From IMG/VR virus record IMGVR_UViG_3300033067_001742, positions 1 through 38,687 of that record: DNA of 38,687 nucleotides; one strand, 5' to 3'. Positions 1 to 9,856 of this stretch are shown in pieces. A program made the position numbers and the translations under genes. This DNA comes from a virus. Its lineage: Duplodnaviria; Caudoviricetes. Position 1 is the first letter of the stretch; each line of letters opens with the position of its first letter. The notes beneath the pieces were generated by a model. It was not told the origin of the DNA and did no database searches. It worked only from the letters and a program-made list of their open reading frames with translations.

Positions 1-64
1 GCCGTCTTCACACGAAAGGCGATCGGGGCAATAGGGGGGGGTCAAATTCGAGGGGGGTCTACGC
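1..64. other. Probable cos/packaging region, left part (continues from the right end of the window)
   Basis: Non-coding gap between the packaging HNH gene (window end) and terS. Joining the ends gives GAAGAC-GCC-GTCTTC (6-bp inverted repeat) flanked by G-tracts, where HK97-like phages carry cos. Confidence 0.6.
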
Positions 65-571
65 GTGAGCGGGGCCCCTCCGAACGTCGTGGTCGGCGCG
101 TTCGGCGGCCAGCCGGCGACGGCGCCGTCCGCGATCGCGGCCGAGGCCCCGAAGGCGCTGGCCAAGCTGACGCCGCGCGAGCGCCGCGTCTGGCGCTACC
201 TGGTCAGCGCTCTCTCCGACTACGGCCTGGTGCACCGGACCGACGCGCCGCTGCTCATGGTGGTGGTGCGCGTCTTCGTGCAGTGGCTCGACGCCGAGGA
301 GAAGCTCGCGCAGCTCGCGGCCGAGCACGGCAGCTACATCGTGCGCACGCCCAACGGCTACGAGCAGCCGCACCAGCTGTATTACGTCGCGCGTGACCTG
401 AAGAAGCAGCTGCTGCAGTGGCTGCCCGAGGCCGCGCTCACCATCCCGTCCTTCTCCAAGCTCACCAGCGAGGACGACCTCCCGACGACCGGCGAGCTGT
501 TTGAAGATCCGGTCACCGCGTTCCGCAGTCGCAAGCAGGCGATCAATGGGCCAAGCCATCAGCAAGGCTGA
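65..571 (+). CDS. terS: Terminase small subunit, P27 family
   Basis: 168 aa directly upstream of terL. The pattern 'APKAL..L...ERRVW', 'GLVHRTDAPLL', 'YIVRTPNGYEQPHQ' fits the P27-type TerS. Confidence 0.85.
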   Translation: MSGAPPNVVVGAFGGQPATAPSAIAAEAPKALAKLTPRERRVWRYLVSALSDYGLVHRTDAPLLMVVVRVFVQWLDAEEKLAQLAAEHGSYIVRTPNGYEQPHQLYYVARDLKKQLLQWLPEAALTIPSFSKLTSEDDLPTTGELFEDPVTAFRSRKQAINGPSHQQG

Positions 572-2222
572 GACCCTCTTCGACTGGGAGGCCTACGGCC
601 GCGACGTGCTGGCCGGGCGCATCCCCGCCTGCCGCTGGATCAAGCTCGCGGTCGAGCGGCACTACCGCGACCTCGAGACGGGCGCCGCGCGCGGCTTGTG
701 GTTCAGCGAGGAGCACGCCCAGCACGCGCTGGAGTTCTACCTCTACCTGCGGCACTCGAAGGGCGAGTGGGCCGGCAAGCAGTTCGTGCTCTCGCCCTGG
801 CAGCAGTTCTGGACCGCGGTGCAGTTCGGGTGGATGCGGGACGACGGCACGCGCCGCTTCCGCGAGGCGGACTACTACGTGCCGCGCAAGAACGGCAAGA
901 GCACCATGATTGCCGGCCAGGCGCTCTACCTCTTCGCCGGCGACAACGAGGGCGGCGCCGAGGTCTACACCGCGGCGACCAAGCGCGACCAGGCCAAGAT
1001 CACCTTCGACGAAGCGGTGCGCATGGTGAAGGCCTCGCCAGCGCTGCTTCGCCACATTCGGCCGCTGCGCGACCGTCTGCAGATGCGCGGCCAGGCCGAC
1101 AAGCTGGAGCCGCTGGGGCGCGACTCGGACTCGATGGACGGCCTGAACCCGCACGCCGCCATCATCGACGAGTTCCACGCGCACCCGAACCGCGACGTGA
1201 TCGACGTGCTGAAGTCGGGCATGGGCGCGCGCCGGCAGCCGATGCTGTCGGTGATCACCACCGCCGGCAAGAACCTGTCGAGCCCGGCGTACGAGCAGAT
1301 GCTCTACGGCCAGAAGGTGCTCGAGGGCCTGATCGACGACGACGCGCTGCTGGTCGTGATCTACACGCTGGACGACGAAGCCGAGTTCGCCAACCCGGCC
1401 GCGTGGATCAAGGCCAACCCGAACCTCGGGATCTCGGTCTATCCGACCTACATCGCCGAGCAGGTCGAGATCGCGCAGAAAAAGCCGATCGAGCGCAACA
1501 ACGTCCTCACCAAGCTGTTCAACATCTGGGTCAGCGGCGAGGTGACCTTCATCTCGCCCGAGGCGTGGCGCGCGTGCGCGAACCCCGCGCTCAAGATCGA
1601 GGACTTCGCCGGCTGCAGGAATGCCCAGGGCCTCGACCTCGCGAGCAAGGTCGACATCGCCGCGAAGTCGACCGTCTTCGAGCGCCTCGAGGCGGACGGC
1701 CAGCTGCACTACTACGTGTTCAACAAGCACTGGCTGCCGGAGGCCCGGATCGAAGGCCGCGACAACGCGAGCTACCGGGCCTGGGCGCACACGGGGCACC
1801 TGATCCCGACGCCGGGCGACGTGATCGACTTCGACTTGATCGAGGACGACGTGCAGACGTCTGCACTGGCCGGCGGCGCCGAGGCGGTGGCCTTCGACCC
1901 GTGGCAGGCCCAGCAGATGGCGAACCACCTGGTGGCGGCCAACGTCCCGATGGTCGAGATCCACCGCACCGTGAAGAACCTGTCGGCGCCGATGAAGGAG
2001 CTGCAGGCGCTGGTGCTGTCCGGTCGCCTGCATCACGACGGCGACCCGGCGCTCGCGTGGATGATCAGCAACGTCGTGGTCGAGGAAGACCGCAACCAGA
2101 ACATCTTCCCGCGCAAGCAGGCCAACCACCTGAAGATCGATGGCGCCGTCTCGCTGATCATGGCGCTCAGCCGTCTGATCGTCGGGGCCGACGAACCCGA
2201 ACCCGGAGTGATCGTCCTGTGA
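546..2222 (+). CDS. terL: Terminase large subunit
   Basis: Walker A 'VPRKNGKST', Walker B 'AIIDEFHAH', coupling motif 'ITTAG', nuclease motifs 'GLDLASKVD' and 'KIDGAVSLIMA'. ATG at 546 chosen as start. Confidence 0.97.
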   Translation: MGQAISKAETLFDWEAYGRDVLAGRIPACRWIKLAVERHYRDLETGAARGLWFSEEHAQHALEFYLYLRHSKGEWAGKQFVLSPWQQFWTAVQFGWMRDDGTRRFREADYYVPRKNGKSTMIAGQALYLFAGDNEGGAEVYTAATKRDQAKITFDEAVRMVKASPALLRHIRPLRDRLQMRGQADKLEPLGRDSDSMDGLNPHAAIIDEFHAHPNRDVIDVLKSGMGARRQPMLSVITTAGKNLSSPAYEQMLYGQKVLEGLIDDDALLVVIYTLDDEAEFANPAAWIKANPNLGISVYPTYIAEQVEIAQKKPIERNNVLTKLFNIWVSGEVTFISPEAWRACANPALKIEDFAGCRNAQGLDLASKVDIAAKSTVFERLEADGQLHYYVFNKHWLPEARIEGRDNASYRAWAHTGHLIPTPGDVIDFDLIEDDVQTSALAGGAEAVAFDPWQAQQMANHLVAANVPMVEIHRTVKNLSAPMKELQALVLSGRLHHDGDPALAWMISNVVVEEDRNQNIFPRKQANHLKIDGAVSLIMALSRLIVGADEPEPGVIVL

Positions 2223-3568
2223 CCGCGGCCGCGACCTGGTACGACGCCGAGCGTGTGGCCCAGCCGGGCAGCGTGATTCTCAACCGCTGGCGCGCCGAGC
2301 GCCAGGCTGCGCGCGGGCAGGGCGTGGGCGTGCGCAACGAGGTCACCTCGAGCATGTCGATGGCGGAGTTCGCCGACTGGGTGCGCGGGAACACCGAGCA
2401 GCGCAGCGGCGTGGTGACCGAGCGGTCGGCGATGCAGATCTCGACCGTCTACGCGTGCGTCAACCTCATCGGCGGCGCGATCGCCAGCATGCCGCTGCAG
2501 TTCTACCGCCGCGACGGCGCGAACGAGCGCGAGGCCTACAAGCCGGACGAGTGGTGGATGCTCAACGAGTCGCCGTGCCCGGCCTGGTCCGCGGCCACGG
2601 CGTGGGAGTACGGCGCCCAGTCACTGCTCCTGCGCGGCGACATGTTCTGGCAGATCCAGCGCGCCTCGCGGCTGTCCTCGAAGATCGTCGGCTTCGCGCC
2701 GAAGCACCCGGCGACGGTGCGCGTGCGCGCGGTCCAGGTGCCCGGCGCCGGCGACCGGCTGGCGTACGACATCGACCCGCAGCTGGGTGACCCCATCGGC
2801 GCGAAGCGGATCACGCTCGACCAGGACGACGTGCTGCACGTGCCCGGACCGAACTTCGACGGCCTGCGCGGCATGCCGCAGCTGACCAGCGTGCTGCGCC
2901 TGGCCGGTGGCATCGCGCTGTCGGCCGACGAGTACATGCTGTCCTTCTTCCGCAACTCCGCGCGCCCCGACTACGCGATGGAGACGGACGCGGCCCTGAA
3001 CAAGGACCAGATCAAGAACATCAAGGACCAGCTCGAGGATGCGCACCGCGGCGTCGACCGCGCGTGGAAGCCGATCATTCTGCAGGGCGGCCTGAAGATC
3101 AAGCCGATCACCATCACGCCGGAAGAGGCGCAGATGATGGAGATCCGCCGGCTGCAGGTCGAGGACATCTGCCGCGCGATGGGCGTGCCGCCGTTCATGG
3201 TCGGGCACACCGACAAGACGACCAGCTGGGGCTCCGGCGTCGAGCAGATGGGCATCGGCTTCGTCAAGTACACGCTGCAGCGCCACCTGGTGAAGATCGA
3301 GCAGGAGGTCAACCGCAAGATCTTCCGCACCTCGCGCAACTTCTGCGAGTTCGTGACCGCAGGCCTCGAGCGCGGCGACCTCAAGACCCGTTTCGACGCC
3401 TACCGGGTCGCGCTCGGCCGTGCCGGAGAGGCCCCGTGGATGGCGGTGGACGAGATCCGCCGCCTGGAGAACCTGCCGCCGCGTGCCGACCTCACGCCGC
3501 CCGCGGCCGCCGCCAGCGATGGCGTGCCGCCGAACTCGAACGACCCCGGACAAGGAGCCCAACCATGA
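2219..3568 (+). CDS. Portal protein, HK97 family
   Basis: 'TVYACVNLIGGAIASMPL', 'LLLRGDMF', 'EDICRAMGVPPFMVG', 'DEIRRLENLPP'. GTG start overlaps the terL stop (GTGA) with GGAG upstream. Confidence 0.95.
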   Translation: MTAAATWYDAERVAQPGSVILNRWRAERQAARGQGVGVRNEVTSSMSMAEFADWVRGNTEQRSGVVTERSAMQISTVYACVNLIGGAIASMPLQFYRRDGANEREAYKPDEWWMLNESPCPAWSAATAWEYGAQSLLLRGDMFWQIQRASRLSSKIVGFAPKHPATVRVRAVQVPGAGDRLAYDIDPQLGDPIGAKRITLDQDDVLHVPGPNFDGLRGMPQLTSVLRLAGGIALSADEYMLSFFRNSARPDYAMETDAALNKDQIKNIKDQLEDAHRGVDRAWKPIILQGGLKIKPITITPEEAQMMEIRRLQVEDICRAMGVPPFMVGHTDKTTSWGSGVEQMGIGFVKYTLQRHLVKIEQEVNRKIFRTSRNFCEFVTAGLERGDLKTRFDAYRVALGRAGEAPWMAVDEIRRLENLPPRADLTPPAAAASDGVPPNSNDPGQGAQP

Positions 3569-4446
3569 ACCGACTGATGCGGCTGCTCATCGACAACCGC
3601 GCAGTGCAGAGCGCCGCCAGGCGCTTCGAGATCCAGAACGCCGACGCGGCCGAGGCCACCGTCTACCTCTACGACTTCATCGTCTCCAGCGCGCTCGATG
3701 CGGAGTGGATGGGCGGCGTCGCGGCCGAGGCCTTCGTCAAGGAGTTCGCGGCGATCACCGCGCCGGTGATCCACCTGCGCGTGAACTCCCCGGGCGGCGA
3801 CGTGTTCGCTGCGCGGGCGATGGAGCAGGCGATCCGCCAGCACCAGTCGAAGGTGATCGTGCACGTCGACGGCTATGCGGCCAGCGCAGCCACGTACATC
3901 GCGCTCGCCGGCGACGAGATCGAGATCGCGGACGGCGGCTTCTTCATGGTCCACCAGTCGTGGACCTGGGCCATGGGCAACGCCACGGACCTCGACAAGA
4001 CCGCGCAGCTGCTGCGCCAGATCGACGACACGATCGTGCGCACCTACGCCAAGCGCACCAGCCTCGACGAGGCGCAGCTGCGCGACATGCTGGCCGCCGA
4101 GACGTGGATCGGCGCCGAGGACGCGGTGCGGATGGGCTTCGCCGACCGCATCGCCTCCGACGCGCCGAAAGATCAGGTGGGCTGGAACGTGGCCGCACTC
4201 CGGGAGGCAGCGACGCCGGCGAACGTGGCGCGGCCGCGCGACCTCAACGTCGAGTCGGACACCGAGGCCGAGGTCGTGTGCCCGGCCTGCTCGACCCCGC
4301 TGTCGCTCTCGACCAAGGTCACCGTCGAGCTCCTCACGGTGACGGCGGACGCCACGGAGGACCCGACGGAAGAGGCGATGGGCGGCCCTGCCGATCGCGC
4401 CGCTGCCCTCCGTCGCCTGAACCACTACGAAAGGATCGCAGCCTAG
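3565..4446 (+). CDS. ClpP-related head maturation protease
   Basis: 'LRVNSPGGDVF', catalytic Ser in 'AASAATYI', 'FMVHQ', 'ETWIGAEDAVRMGFADRI'. AAGGAG RBS and ATGA overlap with portal. Confidence 0.93.
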   Translation: MNRLMRLLIDNRAVQSAARRFEIQNADAAEATVYLYDFIVSSALDAEWMGGVAAEAFVKEFAAITAPVIHLRVNSPGGDVFAARAMEQAIRQHQSKVIVHVDGYAASAATYIALAGDEIEIADGGFFMVHQSWTWAMGNATDLDKTAQLLRQIDDTIVRTYAKRTSLDEAQLRDMLAAETWIGAEDAVRMGFADRIASDAPKDQVGWNVAALREAATPANVARPRDLNVESDTEAEVVCPACSTPLSLSTKVTVELLTVTADATEDPTEEAMGGPADRAAALRRLNHYERIAA

Positions 4447-4520
4447 ACCGGCGCTCCTCGCCATCTACGGCACCGATGCGGCCTTCGGCCGCTAACTCAA
4501 CCCCGAGAAAGGGACGAACC

Positions 4521-5780
4521 ATGCAACAAGGCATTCAGCAACTGAGGGAGCGCCGGTCGGCCAAGGCGCAGGAAGCCCGCAAGATCCTCGACGAGAACAC
4601 CGGCGAGAAGTGGAACGGCGAGGTCTCGAACCGCGTCGACGTCCTCTACAACGAGATCGACGCGCTCGACGACCAGATCGCGAAGCACGAGCGGGCGATC
4701 GCCGCCGACGCGCACGAGGGCATCCAGCTGCAGGCGATCAAGGACGCCTACGACGACAAGGACCCGGCGAACCTGGGCCGCGTCCTCTTCAACAAGTGGA
4801 TCCGCCAGGGCGACAAGGGCTTCTCCGCCGCCGACTGGGCGCAGTACCGGAACACGATGTCCACCACGACCGGCAGCGAAGGCGGCTACACCGTCCCGTC
4901 GCTGATCTCATCGCAGCTGTTCGACCTCATGAAGGCGTACGGTGCGATGCGCGCGGTGGCGGACATCATCCCGACCACCGACGGCAAGCCGCTCAGCTTC
5001 CCCACCTCCGACGGCACGTCGGAGACCGGCGAGTGGATCGCCCAGAACACGACCGCGACCGCGGCCGACCCGACGTTCGGCACCAAGTCGCTGAACGTGT
5101 TCAAGGCGAGCTCGAAGATCGTCGCCGTGCCGTTCGAGCTGCTGCAGGACACGCTGCTCGACATGGAAGGCTTCGTCCGCCGCCGCCTCGCGCAGCGGCT
5201 CGGCCGCCTGGGCAACACGGCGTTCACGACCGGCACGGGCACCACGCAGCCGGACGGCGTCGTGCCGCAGGCCTCCTCGGGCAAGGTCGGCACCACCGGC
5301 CAGACGCTCACGATCATCTACGACGACATCGTGGACCTGATCCATGCGGTCGACCCGGCGTACCGCTCGGGCCGCTGCGCGTTCATGGCCTCCGACTCGC
5401 TGATCAAGGTGATCCGCAAGCTGAAGGACAGCCAGAACATGCCGATCTGGCAGCCCAACCGCAACAACGGCGTGATCGCCGGCCTGGGCGCCAACGGCGG
5501 CTATTCGGCGCAGGACACGGCGGTGCCGTTCGACTCGCTGCTCGGCTATCCGGTCTATGTCAACAACGACATGGCCGTGCCGGCGGCGAACGCCAAGACG
5601 CTGCTGTTCGGCGACTTCAGCTACTACAAGATCCGCGACGCGATGGAGATGCAGCTCTTCCGCTTCGACGACAGCGCGTACGCCAAGCTCGGCCAGGTCG
5701 GCTTCCTCGCCTGGGCGCGCATGGGCGGCAACCTGATCGACACGGGCGCGGTGAAGTACTACGCCCACAGCGCGACTTAA
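4521..5780 (+). CDS. Major capsid protein, HK97 fold, with N-terminal coiled-coil delta domain
   Basis: 'GSEGGYTVP', 'VPFELLQD', 'GTGTTQPDG', 'IRKLKDSQ', 'LLGYPVYVN', 'LFGDFSYY', 'GQVGFLAWARMGG'. Confidence 0.96.
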   Translation: MQQGIQQLRERRSAKAQEARKILDENTGEKWNGEVSNRVDVLYNEIDALDDQIAKHERAIAADAHEGIQLQAIKDAYDDKDPANLGRVLFNKWIRQGDKGFSAADWAQYRNTMSTTTGSEGGYTVPSLISSQLFDLMKAYGAMRAVADIIPTTDGKPLSFPTSDGTSETGEWIAQNTTATAADPTFGTKSLNVFKASSKIVAVPFELLQDTLLDMEGFVRRRLAQRLGRLGNTAFTTGTGTTQPDGVVPQASSGKVGTTGQTLTIIYDDIVDLIHAVDPAYRSGRCAFMASDSLIKVIRKLKDSQNMPIWQPNRNNGVIAGLGANGGYSAQDTAVPFDSLLGYPVYVNNDMAVPAANAKTLLFGDFSYYKIRDAMEMQLFRFDDSAYAKLGQVGFLAWARMGGNLIDTGAVKYYAHSAT

Positions 5781-5799
5781 GCGCGAGCGCGCAATGGAT

Positions 5800-5835
5800 G
5801 GCAGCGGCGCTGCAGGTCAGCGCCGCGCCGCTGCC
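5800..5835. other. GC-rich hairpin after the capsid gene
   Basis: GGCAGCGGCGC (5800-5810) pairs with GCGCCGCTGCC (5825-5835). An alternative stem is 5804-5812/5818-5826. There is no U-tract. Confidence 0.45.
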
Positions 5836-5862
5836 GAGACCACGAAACAAGGAAGCGAAGCC

Positions 5863-6072
5863 ATGCCGAAGGAAAAGATCAACCCGGATGCGCCGCCTCT
5901 GACCGAGGCCTCGGCGTTCGTCCAGGTCCGCGTGCTGTGCGACTGCCAGTACGGCAGCTGCGACGGCGTGGCGATGGTGGACCGCGCGCAGCTGGCCCAG
6001 GCGAAGATGCTCGGCCTGGTCGACGATCATCCGGACGCGGTGGCCTACGCCGCGTCCCTCATCAACGCCTAG
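5863..6072 (+). CDS. Small hypothetical head-associated protein (69 aa)
   Basis: ATG after AAGGAAG, in the usual small-gene slot after the capsid gene. Confidence 0.6.
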   Translation: MPKEKINPDAPPLTEASAFVQVRVLCDCQYGSCDGVAMVDRAQLAQAKMLGLVDDHPDAVAYAASLINA

Positions 6073-6084
6073 CGCGAGGACGCC

Positions 6085-6669
6085 ATGCTGGCCGACGCCA
6101 CCGTCAACTCCATGCTGGACAACCAGTTCCCGAGCGGCGCTGGCAACGTGTACCTCTCGCTGCACACCGACTACTCGGCGACCGGCGCGAATCTGCACGG
6201 CTCGAAGACCAGTGCGAACTTCAGCGCTGCCTCGTCGCGCTCGAAGGCGCTGTCAGCGGCGGTCGACATCTCCGTCTCCGCGGGCACGACGATCAAGTGG
6301 ATCGGCGCGTGGGACTCCACGCAGGCGGTCTTCCGGGGCATGTGGCCGAATGGCGGCACCGACTGGTCGTTCCAGCTGGACGTGGCCAACAATCGCGTCT
6401 ACGTCGAAGGCTCCGGCCTCGCCAACGGCGACAAGGTCGTCTTCCACGGCGATACCGCGCCGACCGGCCTCACCGCCGGCACGTCGTACTGGGTGGTGGG
6501 CGTCACCGCCGCGGACCCGGACTACTTCCAGGTGTCGCTGACCAACGGCGGCGCCGCTATCGACATCACCGGCCAGGCCGGGGCGCTGTGCACGGTCTCG
6601 AAGATCGTCGAGGAGGTCTACTCCGGCGCCGGCACGCATCGGATCTCGACGCTCACGATCACGCTCTGA
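6085..6669 (+). CDS. Putative virion structural or fibre-like protein
   Basis: N-terminal 'VYLSLHTD' and C-terminal 'LANGDKVVF..APTGLTAGTSYWVV..FQVSLTNGGAAIDIT' beta-rich modules resemble phage structural proteins. GAGG RBS. Confidence 0.6.
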   Translation: MLADATVNSMLDNQFPSGAGNVYLSLHTDYSATGANLHGSKTSANFSAASSRSKALSAAVDISVSAGTTIKWIGAWDSTQAVFRGMWPNGGTDWSFQLDVANNRVYVEGSGLANGDKVVFHGDTAPTGLTAGTSYWVVGVTAADPDYFQVSLTNGGAAIDITGQAGALCTVSKIVEEVYSGAGTHRISTLTITL

Positions 6670-6670
6670 C

Positions 6671-8053
6671 ATGCTGAACCTCAAGAGCACCGACAGCGTC
6701 TACGTCGTCACCTCGGCGGCCGGCGACCTCGAGGTCCACGCGTCTTTTGTGGACCTCGTCACTGCCACCGGCGCGGTGACGCCGGACCGCGCGAACACGG
6801 CGTCGATTACGACCGCCACGACCACCACGGTGGTCTCGGCGCCGGCGGCGGGCTCGGTGCGCAACATCAAGCTGCTGTCGATCTACAACCACCACGCAAG
6901 CGTGGTCAACACCGTAGAGGTGTACCACACCGACGGGACGAATCCGGCGGAGCTTGTGGTGGCAACGCTCAACCCGTTGGAGGGGTTGGCATTCATCGAC
7001 GGGGTGGGATGGGCCAAGCGCAACTCGTCGGGCGTGCTGGTGACGGGCGATTCCTCGCCGCAGCCTGACATCCAGGTGTTCAACGGCACGGGCGGGACGT
7101 GGACGAAACCCACAACCTTTACACCGAAAGTGGTGATCGTCGAACTGCTCGGCGGCGGCGGTGGTGGTGGCGCGGGCGCGTCACTCGCGACGGCCGTTGT
7201 GGCGAAGGGCGGCGGCGGTGGCGGTGGTGGCGCGTACAACTGCGGCCGGTTCGCCGCCTCCGATCTCGGCTCGACCGAGACGGTTACGATCGGCACGGGT
7301 GGCACAGCGGGCGCGCGCGGCGCTGCTGGTGCGGCCGGCGGCGCGGGCGGCGCGGGCGGCACGACGTCGTTCGGTAGCTGGTTGTCGGCGTTCGGCGGCG
7401 GCGGGGGTGCGGGCGGCGCAATCTCGGCCGCGGTGACTGGTGGCGGTGGCGGCGGCGGTACGGGTGGCGCGGGCGGTACCGGGACAACGTCTGGCGGTGC
7501 TGGCGGCACGCCTTGGTATTCCGCTGCCCCTACCTCGGGCGGATCTGCGGGCGGCGCGGGCGCCATCGGCGGCGTCGCGCAGGTTGCCGCGGGCACCTCG
7601 GCGACCAACTGCGCCGAGTGGGGCGGCGGCGGGGGCGCGGGGTCGGCGAACCCGCCCACGGCTACGGCCCCGGCTGGCGGGTCATCGATCAAAGGCGCGG
7701 GCGGCGGTGGATCGGGCGGCGGCCACACCGCGACCCCGGCGACGACGCCTGCGGGTGCGGGCGGCAAGAGCGGCGCCTATACAACGGGCGGCGGGGGCGC
7801 GGCGGGCACCGACGGCGGCTCCAGCGCGGCCGGCGGCGCTGGCTCTGCTGGCGGTGCGGCGAACTCTGGACGCGGCGGCTACGGTGGCGGCGGTGGCGGC
7901 GCGACGACGCAAGCCTCGGCTGCCGGGGGTGACGGCGGCGCGGGTGGCATCGGCGGTGGTGGCGGCGGCGGGGGCGGTGTCGGCCAGAACCCGGGTCTCG
8001 GCGGCAACGGCGGCCACGGCGGCGCCGGGTACTGCATCGTCTACACCTGGTAG
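6671..8053 (+). CDS. Glycine-rich virion protein
   Basis: Beta-rich N-terminus, then 'QVF..TGGTWTKP..VIVELLGGGGGGG' and about 300 aa of G-G-X repeats ending 'GGAGYCIVYTW'. Confidence 0.75.
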   Translation: MLNLKSTDSVYVVTSAAGDLEVHASFVDLVTATGAVTPDRANTASITTATTTTVVSAPAAGSVRNIKLLSIYNHHASVVNTVEVYHTDGTNPAELVVATLNPLEGLAFIDGVGWAKRNSSGVLVTGDSSPQPDIQVFNGTGGTWTKPTTFTPKVVIVELLGGGGGGGAGASLATAVVAKGGGGGGGGAYNCGRFAASDLGSTETVTIGTGGTAGARGAAGAAGGAGGAGGTTSFGSWLSAFGGGGGAGGAISAAVTGGGGGGGTGGAGGTGTTSGGAGGTPWYSAAPTSGGSAGGAGAIGGVAQVAAGTSATNCAEWGGGGGAGSANPPTATAPAGGSSIKGAGGGGSGGGHTATPATTPAGAGGKSGAYTTGGGGAAGTDGGSSAAGGAGSAGGAANSGRGGYGGGGGGATTQASAAGGDGGAGGIGGGGGGGGGVGQNPGLGGNGGHGGAGYCIVYTW

Positions 8054-8059
8054 CGACCG

Positions 8060-8929
8060 ATGGCGGCCAAGACCCTCTTCGATCCAACGGCGCTGCAGGC
8101 GCTGTGGTTCGACGAGCTCGCGATCGCGGCGGGCTGGTTCGACGCCGACTTTGCCGATCCGCCCTCAACGGCGGGCGTGGTCACGACGACCGTCACCTCA
8201 CGTTCGAAGTCGCGCTCCGCGGAAGCCTATGCCAAGACGGCTACGACGACCGCGACGGCGCGCGCCAAGGAGCGCGCCATCGATGGCGTGGCCAAGACCG
8301 TCGTGGTCGCGGTGGCGGCGCGGCCGCACGAGAAGGCGACGCGCACCACCACCTCGATCCGGCTGGCGGCGATGACGGCGCGCGGGCGCGGCCGCGGCGC
8401 CGACGCGGTGTCGCCGTTCAAGCTCGGCCTGGTCGTCAACCGGTCGCGCCAGCGCGGCACGCGCGCGGCGGCGCCGGTGGGCGGCGGCGTCGTCACCACC
8501 ACGGTGGCCGCGCGGCCGCGCACGCGCGAGGTCCTGGCCACGGTCGCCATCCGGATCGCGGCCATCGCCAGCCGTGGGCGTCAGCGCGCCACGCGCACGT
8601 ACGCCGCCACTCGCCTTGGCCTCGCTGCCGCGCGGGCACGATCCAAGGCCGTCGAGGCCTCGACCTCGACCCGGGCGACCAGCGCCGCCGCGCGCGAGCG
8701 GCTGCAGGCCGCGGTCGTGGCGCCGAAGCAAGGCCGCGGCGGTGAGGCGGGCCGGTCGCGCACGAGCGCGGCCGCGGCAGGCGCCGCCGCGCCGACAACG
8801 ATTGCCGGCCCCGGCGGGCTGGGCTTCCCGGCGCGCCGTACGACGGGCACGCGTTCCACCCAACCGGACACGGTGCGGGCCGCGGCGGTCGCCGCCAGCC
8901 GCGCCAAAAGCTCGAACACGAGGCGCTGA
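8060..8929 (+). CDS. Ala/Arg/Thr-rich hypothetical structural protein
   Basis: Fills the gap between neighbours and its stop overlaps the next ATG (TGATG). Acidic/aromatic N-terminus, then quasi-repeats ('GVVTTTV' twice). Confidence 0.6.
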   Translation: MAAKTLFDPTALQALWFDELAIAAGWFDADFADPPSTAGVVTTTVTSRSKSRSAEAYAKTATTTATARAKERAIDGVAKTVVVAVAARPHEKATRTTTSIRLAAMTARGRGRGADAVSPFKLGLVVNRSRQRGTRAAAPVGGGVVTTTVAARPRTREVLATVAIRIAAIASRGRQRATRTYAATRLGLAAARARSKAVEASTSTRATSAAARERLQAAVVAPKQGRGGEAGRSRTSAAAAGAAAPTTIAGPGGLGFPARRTTGTRSTQPDTVRAAAVAASRAKSSNTRR

Positions 8930-9504
8930 TGGCCCTGCGGAAACTCACCGACGCGACCGTCGAGCCGATCACGCTGGCCGAGGCGAAAGCGCACCTCAAC
9001 CTCGCGACCGCCGACCATGACGCGTACATCACGACGCTGATCACCGTCGCGCGCACCGCGGCGGAGGGCAAGCTCAACCGCTCGCTGATCGAGACGCAGT
9101 GGGAGCTGACACTGGACGCCTTCCCCTCGGCGATCCCGCTGCGCATGCCGCGCGTGCAGTCGGTGCAGTCGGTGAAGTACGTCGACGGCAGCGGCGTGCT
9201 GCAGACGCTGTCCGCGCCGTCCTATCAGGTCGACGACCGCAGCGAGCCGGGCTGGATCGTGCCGGCCTACGGCTACCAGTGGCCGACGACGCGTGACCAG
9301 GTCAACGCGGTCACGGTGGCCTACACCACCGGCTACGGGGCCGACGCGAGCACCGTGCCCGAGCCGATCAAGCAGTGGATCCGGCTGCAGGTAGGCGCCA
9401 TGTTCGCCGCGCGCGAGGCCGTGGTCGTCGACCGGGGCATCGTGGCCGTCGAGCTGGGCTTCGTCGACCACCTGCTCGACCCGTACCGCGTGGTGGAGAT
9501 CTGA
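8929..9504 (+). CDS. Head-tail connector (gp6 / phiE125 gp8-like)
   Basis: 'EPITLAEAKAHL', 'DAYITTLITVARTAAE', 'VTVAYTTGYG', 'VPEPIKQWI', 'LLDPYRV'. Confidence 0.9.
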   Translation: MALRKLTDATVEPITLAEAKAHLNLATADHDAYITTLITVARTAAEGKLNRSLIETQWELTLDAFPSAIPLRMPRVQSVQSVKYVDGSGVLQTLSAPSYQVDDRSEPGWIVPAYGYQWPTTRDQVNAVTVAYTTGYGADASTVPEPIKQWIRLQVGAMFAAREAVVVDRGIVAVELGFVDHLLDPYRVVEI

Positions 9505-9505
9505 C

Positions 9506-9856
9506 ATGGCCCGCGCGGGCAGGTACCAGTTTCGCGTGGCGGTGAAAAAGCCCTCCGCCGTGCGCTCGAAGGATGCCGCCGGCCGCGAGGTCGCGACCTT
9601 CGACCAGGTGCACGCCAGCTGGCCGGCCGACATCCAGCCGCTGTCCGGCCGCTCCGCGTTCATCGCGGCGCAGCGCAACAGCGAGGCCACGCACGAGGTG
9701 ACCCTGCCCTATGGCTCCGAGCTCGCCGCGATCGACAGCTCGTGGGTCGTCGTGTTCGGCACCCGGGTGTTCGTGCAGGACGCGCCTCCGCGGAACGTGG
9801 ACGAGCGCGGCGTCGAGCTGGTGCTCACCTGCCTGGAAGGGATGCGGACGCAATGA
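9506..9856 (+). CDS. Head closure / head-tail adaptor (SPP1 gp16-like)
   Basis: 'RAGRYQFRV', 'DAAGREV', 'WPADIQPLSGR', 'ELVLTCLEG'; position after the connector. Confidence 0.85.
   Translation: MARAGRYQFRVAVKKPSAVRSKDAAGREVATFDQVHASWPADIQPLSGRSAFIAAQRNSEATHEVTLPYGSELAAIDSSWVVVFGTRVFVQDAPPRNVDERGVELVLTCLEGMRTQ

Noticed and set aside
7150-8030. GGC-rich tract as a DNA-level tandem repeat or collagen
   Set aside because: Codons vary and the pattern is GGX/poly-Gly, not G-X-Y; it is explained by the protein.
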